From an uncultured Pseudobdellovibrionaceae bacterium (GTDB taxonomy: Bacteria; Bdellovibrionota; Bdellovibrionia; Bdellovibrionales; JAGQZY01), in NCBI GenBank assembly GCA_964351315.1, contig CAYGNH010000011.1, positions 50,251 through 114,250 of the forward strand: 64,000 nucleotides of DNA, in the 5' to 3' direction. Positions 28,184-36,855 of the stretch are shown piece after piece. A program made the translations under genes and the position numbers. Position 1 is the first letter of the stretch. Every line of letters starts with the position of its first letter. Under the pieces are notes generated by a model. The model ran no database searches. It had not been told where the DNA came from and saw only the letters and a list, made by a program, of their open reading frames with translations.

Positions 28184-28963
28184 TTGAAAACTTTAGTGCG
28201 CACACTGGTCTTGGTCGCATGCTTGGGCTTAACCGCCAGCTGCTCGGAACTTGTTAAAAAAACCATCCAGGACAACCCTGAAATCGTATTCGAAGCGATT
28301 AAAAAAGATCCTGCCCAATTTATGGAAGTTGTTCGTGAAGCGGCCCAGGAAGCTCAGAAGTCTGAAATGGCCAATGCACAAAAGGCCGAAATGGAAGCCC
28401 GCGAGGCGGAGTTCGAGAACCCTAAAAAACCACAAATTGCTGATAACCGAGCTGTTCTTGGCAACAAATCAGCCCCAGTGACGATCGTTGAATACTCGGA
28501 TTTTCAGTGCCCTTTCTGTCAGCGAGGCGCCGACACAGTGACTAAGGTTCTTGATGAATACGATGGTCAGGTGAAGTTGGTCTTTAAGCATCTGCCTTTG
28601 GAGCAAAAGCACCCCAACGCCCGTCGTGGATCTGAATACTTTGAGGCGATTGCCATGCAAGACCCAAAGAAAGCCTATGAGTTCAAAAAATTAGTTTTTG
28701 AAAACCAAAATGAAACTTACGGGGACGCTGAAAAACTTTATAAACAACTGGCACAAAAAGTAGGCATCAATATGTCACAGCTGCAAGATGACCTTAAAAG
28801 CAAAAGCAGCGATATCGAAAGCATTATCGCAAGCGACATGCAAGAGGCTGGGAAATTCGGCTTTCAAGGAACGCCTGGTTATTTGATCAATGGTGTTTCT
28901 TTAAAAGGAGCTTACCCTTACGAAGAATTTAAAAAAGTGATCGATCGCCATTTGAAAAAATAG
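28184..28963 (+). CDS. DsbA-family thiol:disulfide oxidoreductase lipoprotein
   Basis: Lipobox LTASC, thioredoxin-fold CPFC active site. TTG start after AAGGAGG. Confidence 0.85.
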   Translation: MKTLVRTLVLVACLGLTASCSELVKKTIQDNPEIVFEAIKKDPAQFMEVVREAAQEAQKSEMANAQKAEMEAREAEFENPKKPQIADNRAVLGNKSAPVTIVEYSDFQCPFCQRGADTVTKVLDEYDGQVKLVFKHLPLEQKHPNARRGSEYFEAIAMQDPKKAYEFKKLVFENQNETYGDAEKLYKQLAQKVGINMSQLQDDLKSKSSDIESIIASDMQEAGKFGFQGTPGYLINGVSLKGAYPYEEFKKVIDRHLKK

Positions 28964-28988
28964 AATTTTCAAAGATCTCAATATGAAG

Positions 28989-29017
28989 AAGCCCGACTGG
29001 TCTCGGGCTTTTTTTTG
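28989..29017 (+). terminator. intrinsic terminator after the DsbA-family gene
   Basis: AAGCCCGA-CTGGTC-TCGGGCTT followed by a T run. Confidence 0.8.
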
Positions 29018-29174
29018 TCAATTTCTTGGGTATTCTCGAGCAAAATCGAGGCGACTCTAGGTCCCTCTTTGGAGGTGTCGGAATTTGGTCAAACGGGTTA
29101 CATTTTGCGCCGAATAGGTGTCTTTTGGGCGAAATTTGAGATGAGACTCAATGGTGTCCAGATAGTTTGGCCTT

Positions 29175-29672
29175 ATGTTTGCAAAATCAGAAGGAATGTT
29201 TCTTTCAAAAATCATTTTACCAATAGTTGTCGTTTTGTTTTCTTCCTCGGTTTGGGCGGACTGCCAGCCAGTGCCGATCAACCTTTTGCAAAGCTTTTTC
29301 TCGAACCAGGCCGAGTGGACTGAAGTGGAGGGGCACACCAGCTATCTGATTGCGCAAAACAAACCCGTCTTTCTACAAATCGACTTTTTCAATCCTCAGC
29401 AGACCACCGCCCGATGGGGCAGAAGGTCCGGAGGTACCATTCAATCTTTGTGTCGAATCAGCGATGCTCAACTTTCTTTGACAGTACGCCATGCTTTGGC
29501 TGGAGAAATTGAGTTTGTTCTGACTCGACATAGTGACAACCTGATCAGTAGCCAATCCGATTTTCCTGGAATAGGTCAATACTTCTACCGTCCTTCGCAT
29601 CAAGTGATTGAGTCCGAGGAAACCGCCGAAGGGCCTATGGATGAGAGCCTGCCATCACCGACAGCTATTTAA
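29175..29672 (+). CDS. hypothetical secreted protein
   Basis: Signal-like IILPIVVVLFSSSVWA/DC. The start is 29175 or 29196. The 3-prime end overlaps the convergent sfsA by 8 nt. Confidence 0.5.
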   Translation: MFAKSEGMFLSKIILPIVVVLFSSSVWADCQPVPINLLQSFFSNQAEWTEVEGHTSYLIAQNKPVFLQIDFFNPQQTTARWGRRSGGTIQSLCRISDAQLSLTVRHALAGEIEFVLTRHSDNLISSQSDFPGIGQYFYRPSHQVIESEETAEGPMDESLPSPTAI

Positions 29673-30402
29673 AATTGATTTGTTCGTTGAGCAAGGTCAC
29701 GTCTTTTTTGGTCATCGAACAAGGAAGGGGTGTTATTCTTACGCCCATTTCTTTCGCTTCGTGCAATTTTTTAGCATAATCAGGATCAATTTTTCTGGCG
29801 GCTTTAAAGAGTTTACAGTCAGTTCTTTGAATCACATAGAGCATTTCACAAGTGAAGCCCTTTTTAACTAATACCATTAACTCGTCCAAATGCTTTTGCC
29901 CACGTGTGGTCACGGCGTCTGGGAAGAGTGCCACACCTTCCTCTGCTAAAGTCACATTTTTGACTTCGATTAAGTGAAGAGGGGCTAGCAAGTTTTTAGC
30001 ATTCCATTTTTTAATATTGGGGTGGTCTTTGGAGTTCCACAAAACAAGGTCGATGCGAGACTTGTCGTTAATTTTGACCTCAGCTTGCAGACGATCGAAT
30101 TTTTTCCAATGAGGGAGTGGGTTTTTTTCGAACAATTCGGTCACTAATTTGTTGGGGAGAGCCGTATTGACCCCAACCCAACTGTTTTTGGCTTTCACCA
30201 TCTGGAGGGTGTATTTCAATTTTCGTTTGGGATCGTCGGTGGTGGAAAAAAGGCAGGGCAAGCCAGGGTCTATCAAACCCATCATGCTCCCTGTATTGGG
30301 GCAGTGGGCGGTGATGGTTTCGCCTTCGAACTCAATATCGGTAAAGAATCGCTTATATCGTTTTTGAAAGATTCCTTGGGAGAGCGGCTTTTCAAATCGC
30401 AT
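29665..30402 (-). CDS. sfsA: sugar fermentation stimulation protein A-like DNA-binding/nuclease-fold protein
   Basis: MRFEKPLSQGIFQKRYKRFFTDIEF...AHCPNTGSM and RIDLVL...IEVKNVT motifs. AAGAGGTGA RBS before ATG 30402. Confidence 0.85.
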   Translation of the reverse strand: MRFEKPLSQGIFQKRYKRFFTDIEFEGETITAHCPNTGSMMGLIDPGLPCLFSTTDDPKRKLKYTLQMVKAKNSWVGVNTALPNKLVTELFEKNPLPHWKKFDRLQAEVKINDKSRIDLVLWNSKDHPNIKKWNAKNLLAPLHLIEVKNVTLAEEGVALFPDAVTTRGQKHLDELMVLVKKGFTCEMLYVIQRTDCKLFKAARKIDPDYAKKLHEAKEMGVRITPLPCSMTKKDVTLLNEQINFK

Positions 30403-30444
30403 GATCACCTCTTTGCTAAGCTTGTTATGGATCAAAATAACGCT

Positions 30445-30496
30445 GCAAGAAAAGGTACGCCGTTCCTCGGAAAGGGAACGGCGTACCTTTTCTTGC
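30445..30496. repeat. 22-bp perfect inverted repeat with 8-nt loop (terminator-like hairpin in either orientation)
   Basis: GCAAGAAAAGGTACGCCGTTCC-TCGGAAAG-GGAACGGCGTACCTTTTCTTGC. It lies between the divergent starts of sfsA (30402) and lipA (30614). Confidence 0.85.
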
Positions 30497-30613
30497 CGGT
30501 TGGTATTGGGATTTTTGGGTCAGATCGAAATAAGAGGGGCTCTGGACTTTGAACTCCTTATACGTTGGCCTTGAAACCGTTTACTTTTTAAGCCCTTAGG
30601 GCTAAAAGAAACC

Positions 30614-31537
30614 ATGTCAAATTCGCCCGTGAAAAAAGCCCCGAAACCGTCGTGGTTGAAAGTTAAAGCTCCCGCTGGTCAGGATTACCATCGTATTAAA
30701 GATATGTTGGGTAAACTGAACTTGGCGACCGTTTGCCAAGAGGCCCGCTGTCCCAATATGGGTGAATGCTGGGCCGGAGGCACTGCGACCTTTATGCTTA
30801 TGGGGGAAGTTTGCACCCGGGGTTGTCGATTTTGCAATGTGAAAACTGGCAACCCAAAGGGAAAAATCGATAATCGTGAGCCTGAGAAAGTGGGATTCAG
30901 TATCTCGCAAATGGGCCTCACATACGTTGTGATCACCAGCGTGAATCGTGATGATATGGAAGACCAAGGGGCTGACCACTTCGGACGCACTGTTGAGACC
31001 ATTAAAAAAAATGACCCCGAACTGATAGTGGAAATTCTGACTCCGGACTTTCAAGGTGATGTTGCATTGATCAACCGGGTTGTGGATTCGAAGCCAGATG
31101 TGTTCGCCCATAATGTAGAAACCGTAGAAAGACTGACGCCAACGGTAAGAGACCCCCGAGCCAGTTACCAACAATCCTTAGACGTGTTAGCACAAGTCAA
31201 AAAACGAGACTCTGAAATGTACACCAAAAGTTCGTTGATGCTGGGTTTGGGCGAAGCCGATGCTGAAATCATGCAAGCTTTGATGGATTTAAAAAAAGTG
31301 GGCTGTGACGTGGTGACCTTTGGTCAATACCTGCAGCCAAGCCCCCGACATTTGAAAGTCGAGGAGTATGTGACACCCGAAAAGTTTAATTATTGGAAGC
31401 AAGTTGCTGACGATATGAACTTTTTGTACTGTGCCAGTGGTCCCTTAGTAAGAAGCTCCTACAAAGCCGGAGAGTTTTTTATGAAGGGTGTGATTGAAAA
31501 AAAACGTGGAAAATTTAAACAACAAGAAGCTTTGTAG
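30614..31537 (+). CDS. lipA: lipoyl synthase
   Basis: CEEARCPNMGEC-type N-terminal cluster (CQEARCPNMGEC) and radical-SAM CTRGCRFC. 307 aa. Confidence 0.95.
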   Translation: MSNSPVKKAPKPSWLKVKAPAGQDYHRIKDMLGKLNLATVCQEARCPNMGECWAGGTATFMLMGEVCTRGCRFCNVKTGNPKGKIDNREPEKVGFSISQMGLTYVVITSVNRDDMEDQGADHFGRTVETIKKNDPELIVEILTPDFQGDVALINRVVDSKPDVFAHNVETVERLTPTVRDPRASYQQSLDVLAQVKKRDSEMYTKSSLMLGLGEADAEIMQALMDLKKVGCDVVTFGQYLQPSPRHLKVEEYVTPEKFNYWKQVADDMNFLYCASGPLVRSSYKAGEFFMKGVIEKKRGKFKQQEAL

Positions 31538-31561
31538 CCTCGGTCAACATAGGAGATAGAG

Positions 31562-32881
31562 ATGGGATTAAAAAACGTAGAATTGCCAGAGATTGGTGAG
31601 GGCGTGAACGAAGGTGAACTCGTCACTTGGCTTGTTCAACCCGGTGACACCATCGAGGTTGATCAACCTATCGTTGAATTGATGACAGACAAAGCCACGG
31701 TTGAAGTCCCTTCAACTGTCGCCGGAACCGTGAAGGATCTAAAATTTTCTGAGGGCGACACCATTGAAGTGGGTCAAACCATCATCACTGTTGAAGAAGG
31801 TGTGGCCGGAGCTTCTGCCCCGGCTCCCAAACAGGAAGCTGCGACACCCGCACCAACCCAACAAGCACCGGCGGTGCAAGTGGCTGCGACTCCAGATCAA
31901 CAGCCCGCAGTCGCCAGTGGTGGTGGTATGGCGACTATCACTCCTCCTCCAGCCGCAGCCAATGTTTTAGCAACTCCATCGACCCGTCGGTTGGCTCGCG
32001 AAACCAATGTGGACATCAATACGGTTGCCGGAACGGGCCTGGCTGGGCGAGTGACTCGAGACGATGTGATGGGTGCGGCCAATGGAGCCGGCGCAGTGGC
32101 GGCCGGAGCCCCGACCATGGCTCCGCAAGCGAAGTCTTCGGTTCCAGTTTGGACGCCTCCACAGGGATTCACCACTGGTGGTGAAGAGCGGGTTCCTTTA
32201 AAAGGGATTCGTAAAAAGATTGCCGAAAATATGCAAATGGCTAAACGCATTGTTCCCCATTTCACTTTGATGGATGAGGCCAATGTGACCAAGCTGATCG
32301 AATTGCGAAACGAGTTAAAGCCGGTGGCCGAAAAGATGGGCATCAAGGTGACTTATATGCCGTTCGTGATGAAAGCCCTAATGGCCACGGTTCGTGAGTT
32401 TCCGAAATTTAACGGAATGATTGACGATGCAGCACAGGAGATTGTTTTTAAAAAGTATTTCAATGTGGGCTTTGCCGCTGACACTCCTAACGGACTTCTG
32501 GTTCCCGTTATCAAAAATGCCGACCAGAAAACCATTTATCAATTGTCACAAGAAATTGTGGACCTTGCTACTCGCGCTCGCGATGGTAAATTGGCCCTGG
32601 ATGAGATGAAAGGGGCGACTTTCACCGTGACCAATATTGGAAGTGTGGGGGGAACCTACGCCACGCCCATCATCAATCACCCTGAAGTGGCGATTTTTGG
32701 AATGTACAAAATCCAAGAGCGTCCGATCATTGTTGATGGCGAATTGGATGTTGCAAGCTTTATGAACTTTACTGTGACTTGTGATCATCGTTTGATCGAT
32801 GGTGCTGAGGCGGCTCGTTTTCTTTCGGCCTTTATTGCTCGAATCGAAAGCCCCGGCCGCTTGATGATGGATATGATTTAA
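31562..32881 (+). CDS. 2-oxoacid dehydrogenase E2 (dihydrolipoamide acyltransferase), single lipoyl domain
   Basis: Lipoyl-Lys motif ELMTDKATVEV, Ala/Pro linker, E1/E3-binding domain ATPSTRRLARE...GTGLAGRVTRDDV, catalytic DHRLIDGAEAARF. Confidence 0.92.
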   Translation: MGLKNVELPEIGEGVNEGELVTWLVQPGDTIEVDQPIVELMTDKATVEVPSTVAGTVKDLKFSEGDTIEVGQTIITVEEGVAGASAPAPKQEAATPAPTQQAPAVQVAATPDQQPAVASGGGMATITPPPAAANVLATPSTRRLARETNVDINTVAGTGLAGRVTRDDVMGAANGAGAVAAGAPTMAPQAKSSVPVWTPPQGFTTGGEERVPLKGIRKKIAENMQMAKRIVPHFTLMDEANVTKLIELRNELKPVAEKMGIKVTYMPFVMKALMATVREFPKFNGMIDDAAQEIVFKKYFNVGFAADTPNGLLVPVIKNADQKTIYQLSQEIVDLATRARDGKLALDEMKGATFTVTNIGSVGGTYATPIINHPEVAIFGMYKIQERPIIVDGELDVASFMNFTVTCDHRLIDGAEAARFLSAFIARIESPGRLMMDMI

Positions 32882-32902
32882 TTAAATAAAAAGGAATATG
32901 TT

Positions 32903-34318
32903 GTGAGTCAGTTTGATGTTTGTGTGATTGGATCTGGTCCCGGTGGATATGTTGCTGCTATACGATGCGCGCAATTGGGTTTAAAAACTGTTGTTATTGA
33001 AAAAGAAAAACTAGGGGGCGTTTGTTTAAATATTGGCTGTATCCCTTCAAAAGCCATGATTGGGGCTGCTCACACTTTGCACCGCATGCAACATGATGCG
33101 GCTGAAATGGGTCTTGAGATCAAAGGCGATGTTAAAGTGAACATGAAGAAACTAAAAGACTGGAAGCAGTCGGTTTGCGATCGCATGTCCGGTGGTGTTG
33201 AAGGTCTGTTGAAAGGCAACGGTGTGGAGATCATAGCCGGTACTGCCGAATTCACTTCTCCCACCGAATTGAAAGTGACAGGTTCAGATTCAACCACTTC
33301 AGTAACTGCGAAAAACTTTATTGTGGCTACGGGTTCTCGTCCGATCCAGATCCCGGGTTTTGAGTTCGACGAAAAAATGGTGATGTCATCAACCGGAGCT
33401 CTAGCGCTAGAAAAAGTCCCAAAAAGTCTTATTGTGATTGGTGGTGGTTACATCGGCCTTGAGATTGGTTCTTACCTTTCAAAGCTTGGGACCCAAGTCG
33501 ATATTTTGGAGGCTCAGGACGCCTTGCTTGACGGTGTTGTCGAAAAAGATGTGGCGCAAGTGGTTTCTAGAAAGTTGAAAAAAGACGGTATTAATGTTCA
33601 TTTGAAAGCCTTCGCGAAATCTTACAAGAAATCTGGCAGCCAGTTGGAAGTGACAGCCGAAGTCGGTGGTAGCGAGAAAAAATTCAAAGGCGAAAAGATT
33701 TTGGTGACCGTTGGCCGTCGCCCCAATGCCGACCAAATGGGAATTAAAGAGATCGGTATTGAAGTCGATGAAAAAGGTTTCGTAAAGACGGATTCGCAAA
33801 GGCGCACCAATCACTCAAACATTTACGCTATCGGCGATATCACTTGCCAACCAATGTTAGCCCACAAAGCCAGCCACGAAGGTGTGTTGGTGGCTGAGGT
33901 CATTGCTGGCCACAATCGGGCTTACGATGTCAAGACGGTGCCGGCGGTGATGTTTACCGATCCTGAAATTGCCAGTGCGGGAATGTTAGAGAGTGAAGCC
34001 CGTGAAAAAGGTTACACCGATCTCAAAATTTCAAAATTCCCCTTTGGAGCCAACGGTAAGGCCGTGTCGATGATGGAAACTGATGGTTTTGTTAAAATGA
34101 TTGCTGATGGTAAAACCAATGTTCTTTTGGGTTGTCATATTGTCGGTCCAGAAGCCAGTAACCTGATTTCGGAAGCCGCTTTGGCTATTGAAATGGGGGC
34201 GACTCTCGAAGACATTGCTTTGACCATTCACCCGCATCCGACTTTGGGTGAAACCATGATGGAGGCCGCTGAAGCCACTTTGGGTCATGCGATACATATC
34301 GTGCAAAAGAAAAGGTAG
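32903..34318 (+). CDS. lpdA: dihydrolipoyl dehydrogenase (E3)
   Basis: GSGPGGYVAA FAD motif, redox disulfide GGVCLNIGCIPSK, C-terminal HPHPTLGE. GTG start. Confidence 0.95.
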   Translation: MSQFDVCVIGSGPGGYVAAIRCAQLGLKTVVIEKEKLGGVCLNIGCIPSKAMIGAAHTLHRMQHDAAEMGLEIKGDVKVNMKKLKDWKQSVCDRMSGGVEGLLKGNGVEIIAGTAEFTSPTELKVTGSDSTTSVTAKNFIVATGSRPIQIPGFEFDEKMVMSSTGALALEKVPKSLIVIGGGYIGLEIGSYLSKLGTQVDILEAQDALLDGVVEKDVAQVVSRKLKKDGINVHLKAFAKSYKKSGSQLEVTAEVGGSEKKFKGEKILVTVGRRPNADQMGIKEIGIEVDEKGFVKTDSQRRTNHSNIYAIGDITCQPMLAHKASHEGVLVAEVIAGHNRAYDVKTVPAVMFTDPEIASAGMLESEAREKGYTDLKISKFPFGANGKAVSMMETDGFVKMIADGKTNVLLGCHIVGPEASNLISEAALAIEMGATLEDIALTIHPHPTLGETMMEAAEATLGHAIHIVQKKR

Positions 34319-35046
34319 TGATGTCCGATCAATCCCCTCAACCGATGGTCAAAAAACAGGCCCAGCGCTTCCAAACTAAGTTTCCGGAAGTGGAAGATTG
34401 GGGATTGATTCCTTACCAAGAAGCCTTCGAAAAACAAAAACAGTATGTCGATCAACTGATCCAGGGCGAGCGCAGTGAGACCCTAGTGTTTTGCCACCAC
34501 CCACCAGTTGTGACTTTGGGGCGTGGCACTCGCGATGGCGATGTGTTTGCTTGGCAAGGCGAAACGGTGGAAGTCAACCGTGGTGGTCGCGCGACATATC
34601 ATGGGCCAAATCAAGTTGTGATGTATCCCATTGTCGATCTAGCGGGTAACACTCCCAACTATATTCCCAAGAAGGAAAAAAGCTTGCATGGATTTATGCG
34701 AATCCTTGAAGAGGCCGCCATTCAGACCATTCGTGAATATGAAGTGGAAGCTGAGGGGCACACCATACAACAGCAGGTCGGAGAAGATGAAGCCTCTGAA
34801 GCCACCGGAGTTTGGGTGGGGAATCAAAAATTGGCATCCATAGGCATCGCTGTTCGCAAGTGGGTCACTCATCATGGTATTGCCATCAATTTGTTTAAAG
34901 ATGTAGAGGCCTTTCAAGGCATTAATCCCTGTGGGTTCACCACAAAAACAATGACCTGCGTGCAAGAGCTGTCTGCCAAACGAATTAAAAGAGAAGCTTT
35001 TCAAAAAGAATTGGCTTCCAATTTTATTTTTTCACTCTATTCCTAA
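34318..35046 (+). CDS. lipB: lipoyl(octanoyl) transferase
   Basis: HPPVVTLGRG, RGGRATYHGPNQ, KWVTHHGIAIN motifs. The start overlaps or abuts the lpdA stop. Confidence 0.9.
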   Translation: MMSDQSPQPMVKKQAQRFQTKFPEVEDWGLIPYQEAFEKQKQYVDQLIQGERSETLVFCHHPPVVTLGRGTRDGDVFAWQGETVEVNRGGRATYHGPNQVVMYPIVDLAGNTPNYIPKKEKSLHGFMRILEEAAIQTIREYEVEAEGHTIQQQVGEDEASEATGVWVGNQKLASIGIAVRKWVTHHGIAINLFKDVEAFQGINPCGFTTKTMTCVQELSAKRIKREAFQKELASNFIFSLYS

Positions 35047-35114
35047 CATTTGGTCCAGTACCCCGAACCTGAATTAATAAGGATAATTATAAAAAATTAT
35101 TAAGGGGTCACAGA

Positions 35115-36050
35115 ATGCTAAGCATTGGTCAGTTCGAGAAAAATCCTGGGTCGATCGTTGAATACTACAAACAGGCCATTCAAAACCCCAAACAGTTTTG
35201 TCAGTCGATCAATTTTGACGAAGAACTGGCCGACTCCGGCTTAGTCATTCTAATTTTGGTGGCCTTGCAAGCTGTTCTCAATGCAGCATTGGGAACCTTT
35301 GGTTCAATTTTATGGGGGTTCCTGGGGACTTTCTTGGGCTTTGCCATTGGTGCGTTGGTTGGAAGTGTCATTATCTACGTGATTGGTAAAATCGCCGGCG
35401 CCAAGATGAACTTTCAACAGTCTTTGAATTTTGTTATTCACTCTTGGCTTCTAACCTTCCCATTGAGTTTGTTGAGTGTTTTGACCCCGTTGGTTTTTAC
35501 TGTGACCCTGGTGATTCAGTTAGTTTTTCTTTTTTATGTCTTGGTGGCTGTGTTTTCAGCGTCGGCAAAAAGAGTTTACGTGGCCATCGCTATTTTGGCC
35601 TTTCTCATCTTGGTTCCCTACGCCTGTATGATGATGAGTAAAGCTTATTTGAGCCAATTGGAAAAAGATCCTCACATGCAACAGGTCTTAAAAGGGCGAA
35701 GTTTCGAGGAGCTTGCCAAAGACATGAATCAAGAGGGTGGGCAGTTGAACCAGGCCGTGAAGCAAATGCAGAAAATGCAAGAAGGCATGGAAAAATCGAA
35801 AGATGCCTTACCCCCATGCTTTGACAAATTGATTGAAGAGAGTGGTCAGCAAAATCCGATCTTTGGATTGATCGGAGTTCAGGTGCAGTTCCTAGGTATG
35901 GCGCCGCCAGACCAACGAAAAAAGGCGATCGAGAAACTCAATGAGCAAATTAATGATTCGATCAACGGAGAGAGCCAAGCTTTTCCAATGTCCGACGAAC
36001 AAAAAGCCTGCCTTAAAGAAATCCAGGGTAACCTTTCTCAGCTTCAATGA
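35115..36050 (+). CDS. Yip1-like polytopic membrane protein with a C-terminal soluble Gln/Lys-rich region
   Basis: About 5 TM segments after a short N-terminal domain. The family call is low confidence. Confidence 0.55.
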   Translation: MLSIGQFEKNPGSIVEYYKQAIQNPKQFCQSINFDEELADSGLVILILVALQAVLNAALGTFGSILWGFLGTFLGFAIGALVGSVIIYVIGKIAGAKMNFQQSLNFVIHSWLLTFPLSLLSVLTPLVFTVTLVIQLVFLFYVLVAVFSASAKRVYVAIAILAFLILVPYACMMMSKAYLSQLEKDPHMQQVLKGRSFEELAKDMNQEGGQLNQAVKQMQKMQEGMEKSKDALPPCFDKLIEESGQQNPIFGLIGVQVQFLGMAPPDQRKKAIEKLNEQINDSINGESQAFPMSDEQKACLKEIQGNLSQLQ

Positions 36051-36054
36051 AATA

Positions 36055-36753
36055 CTAGAGTTTTTGTAAGAATTGATCGACCCATTTGGGGAGAGTCACT
36101 CCGGTGGGGCCAATTAGGGTTTGGTCAAAAAGAGAGCTGATGGCGGTTTTCTCAATATTGAATTCAATCTTTTGACAAAAAGGCGAGGTCAGTTGAACGA
36201 AGCCGGCGGCGGGGTAGACCACTCCAGAGGTGCCGGCACACAGAAAGTAGTCGGCCTCACGCAAAACCTGCTCACTGTCTTCCAAGTATCGAGGGATTTC
36301 ACCAAACCATACAATATCGGGGCGCAGTTTTGCGTCAATTCCTTTTGGATGTGGCGTGTTGGCACTCAGGTCTTCTTTCCACAAAAAGCACTCGCCAGTT
36401 TTCAAGCAGCGGATTTTTTGCAACTCACCATGCATATGCCAAACCTTGTGGTTGCCGGCTTTTTCGTGAAGATTGTCGACGTTTTGGGTGATGAGAGTAA
36501 AATTTTCTCCCAAGGTATTCTGTAGTCGAGCCAGAGCCAGGTGCCCGGGGTTTGGTTGTAAGCTGGGGTCCTTGAGTTGGGCGCGCCGGAGGTTGTAAAA
36601 CTTATAAACCAGATCAGGATTGGAGCGGAAGGCTTCGGGGGTCGCCACCTCTTCGATACTGTGACCCTCCCAGAGCCCATCCTCGCCTCGAAAAGTTCGG
36701 ATTCCTGACTCGGCAGAAATTCCAGCTCCCGTTAAAACCACCACCTTCTTCAT
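36055..36753 (-). CDS. cobB: NAD-dependent protein deacylase (Sir2 family, CobB/Sirt5-like)
   Basis: GAGISAESGIRTFRG, FYNLRR (Y-x-x-R acyl-specificity pair), QNVDNLHEKAG, catalytic HGEL. 232 aa, single domain. Confidence 0.88.
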   Translation of the reverse strand: MKKVVVLTGAGISAESGIRTFRGEDGLWEGHSIEEVATPEAFRSNPDLVYKFYNLRRAQLKDPSLQPNPGHLALARLQNTLGENFTLITQNVDNLHEKAGNHKVWHMHGELQKIRCLKTGECFLWKEDLSANTPHPKGIDAKLRPDIVWFGEIPRYLEDSEQVLREADYFLCAGTSGVVYPAAGFVQLTSPFCQKIEFNIEKTAISSLFDQTLIGPTGVTLPKWVDQFLQKL

Positions 36754-36855
36754 TTTCTAATGTTAAATGAGTCTTACTGATCTTTCAACTTAGCGTTGTA
36801 AAGACTGCTTAACCTCCTCGCACATTTCTGATATTTTTTTCTTTGGAGGATCGTT

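Noticed and set aside
30617-31174. 185-aa minus ORF antisense to lipA
   Set aside because: lipA motifs are unambiguous on the + strand. This is a shadow ORF.
31830-32150. An apparent low-complexity or repeat DNA region open in several frames
   Set aside because: It encodes the Ala/Pro/Gln-rich inter-domain linker of the E2 acyltransferase. This is a normal feature, not a tandem repeat element.
36055-36753. The Sir2-domain gene as a possible anti-phage effector (Thoeris, DSR or SIR2-HerA type)
   Set aside because: It is a short single-domain protein with the full CobB/Sirt5-type catalytic signature (GAGISAESGI, FYNLRR, HGEL). There are no partner genes (TIR, HerA, pAgo, helicase) and no mobile-element context. 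It is a housekeeping deacylase.
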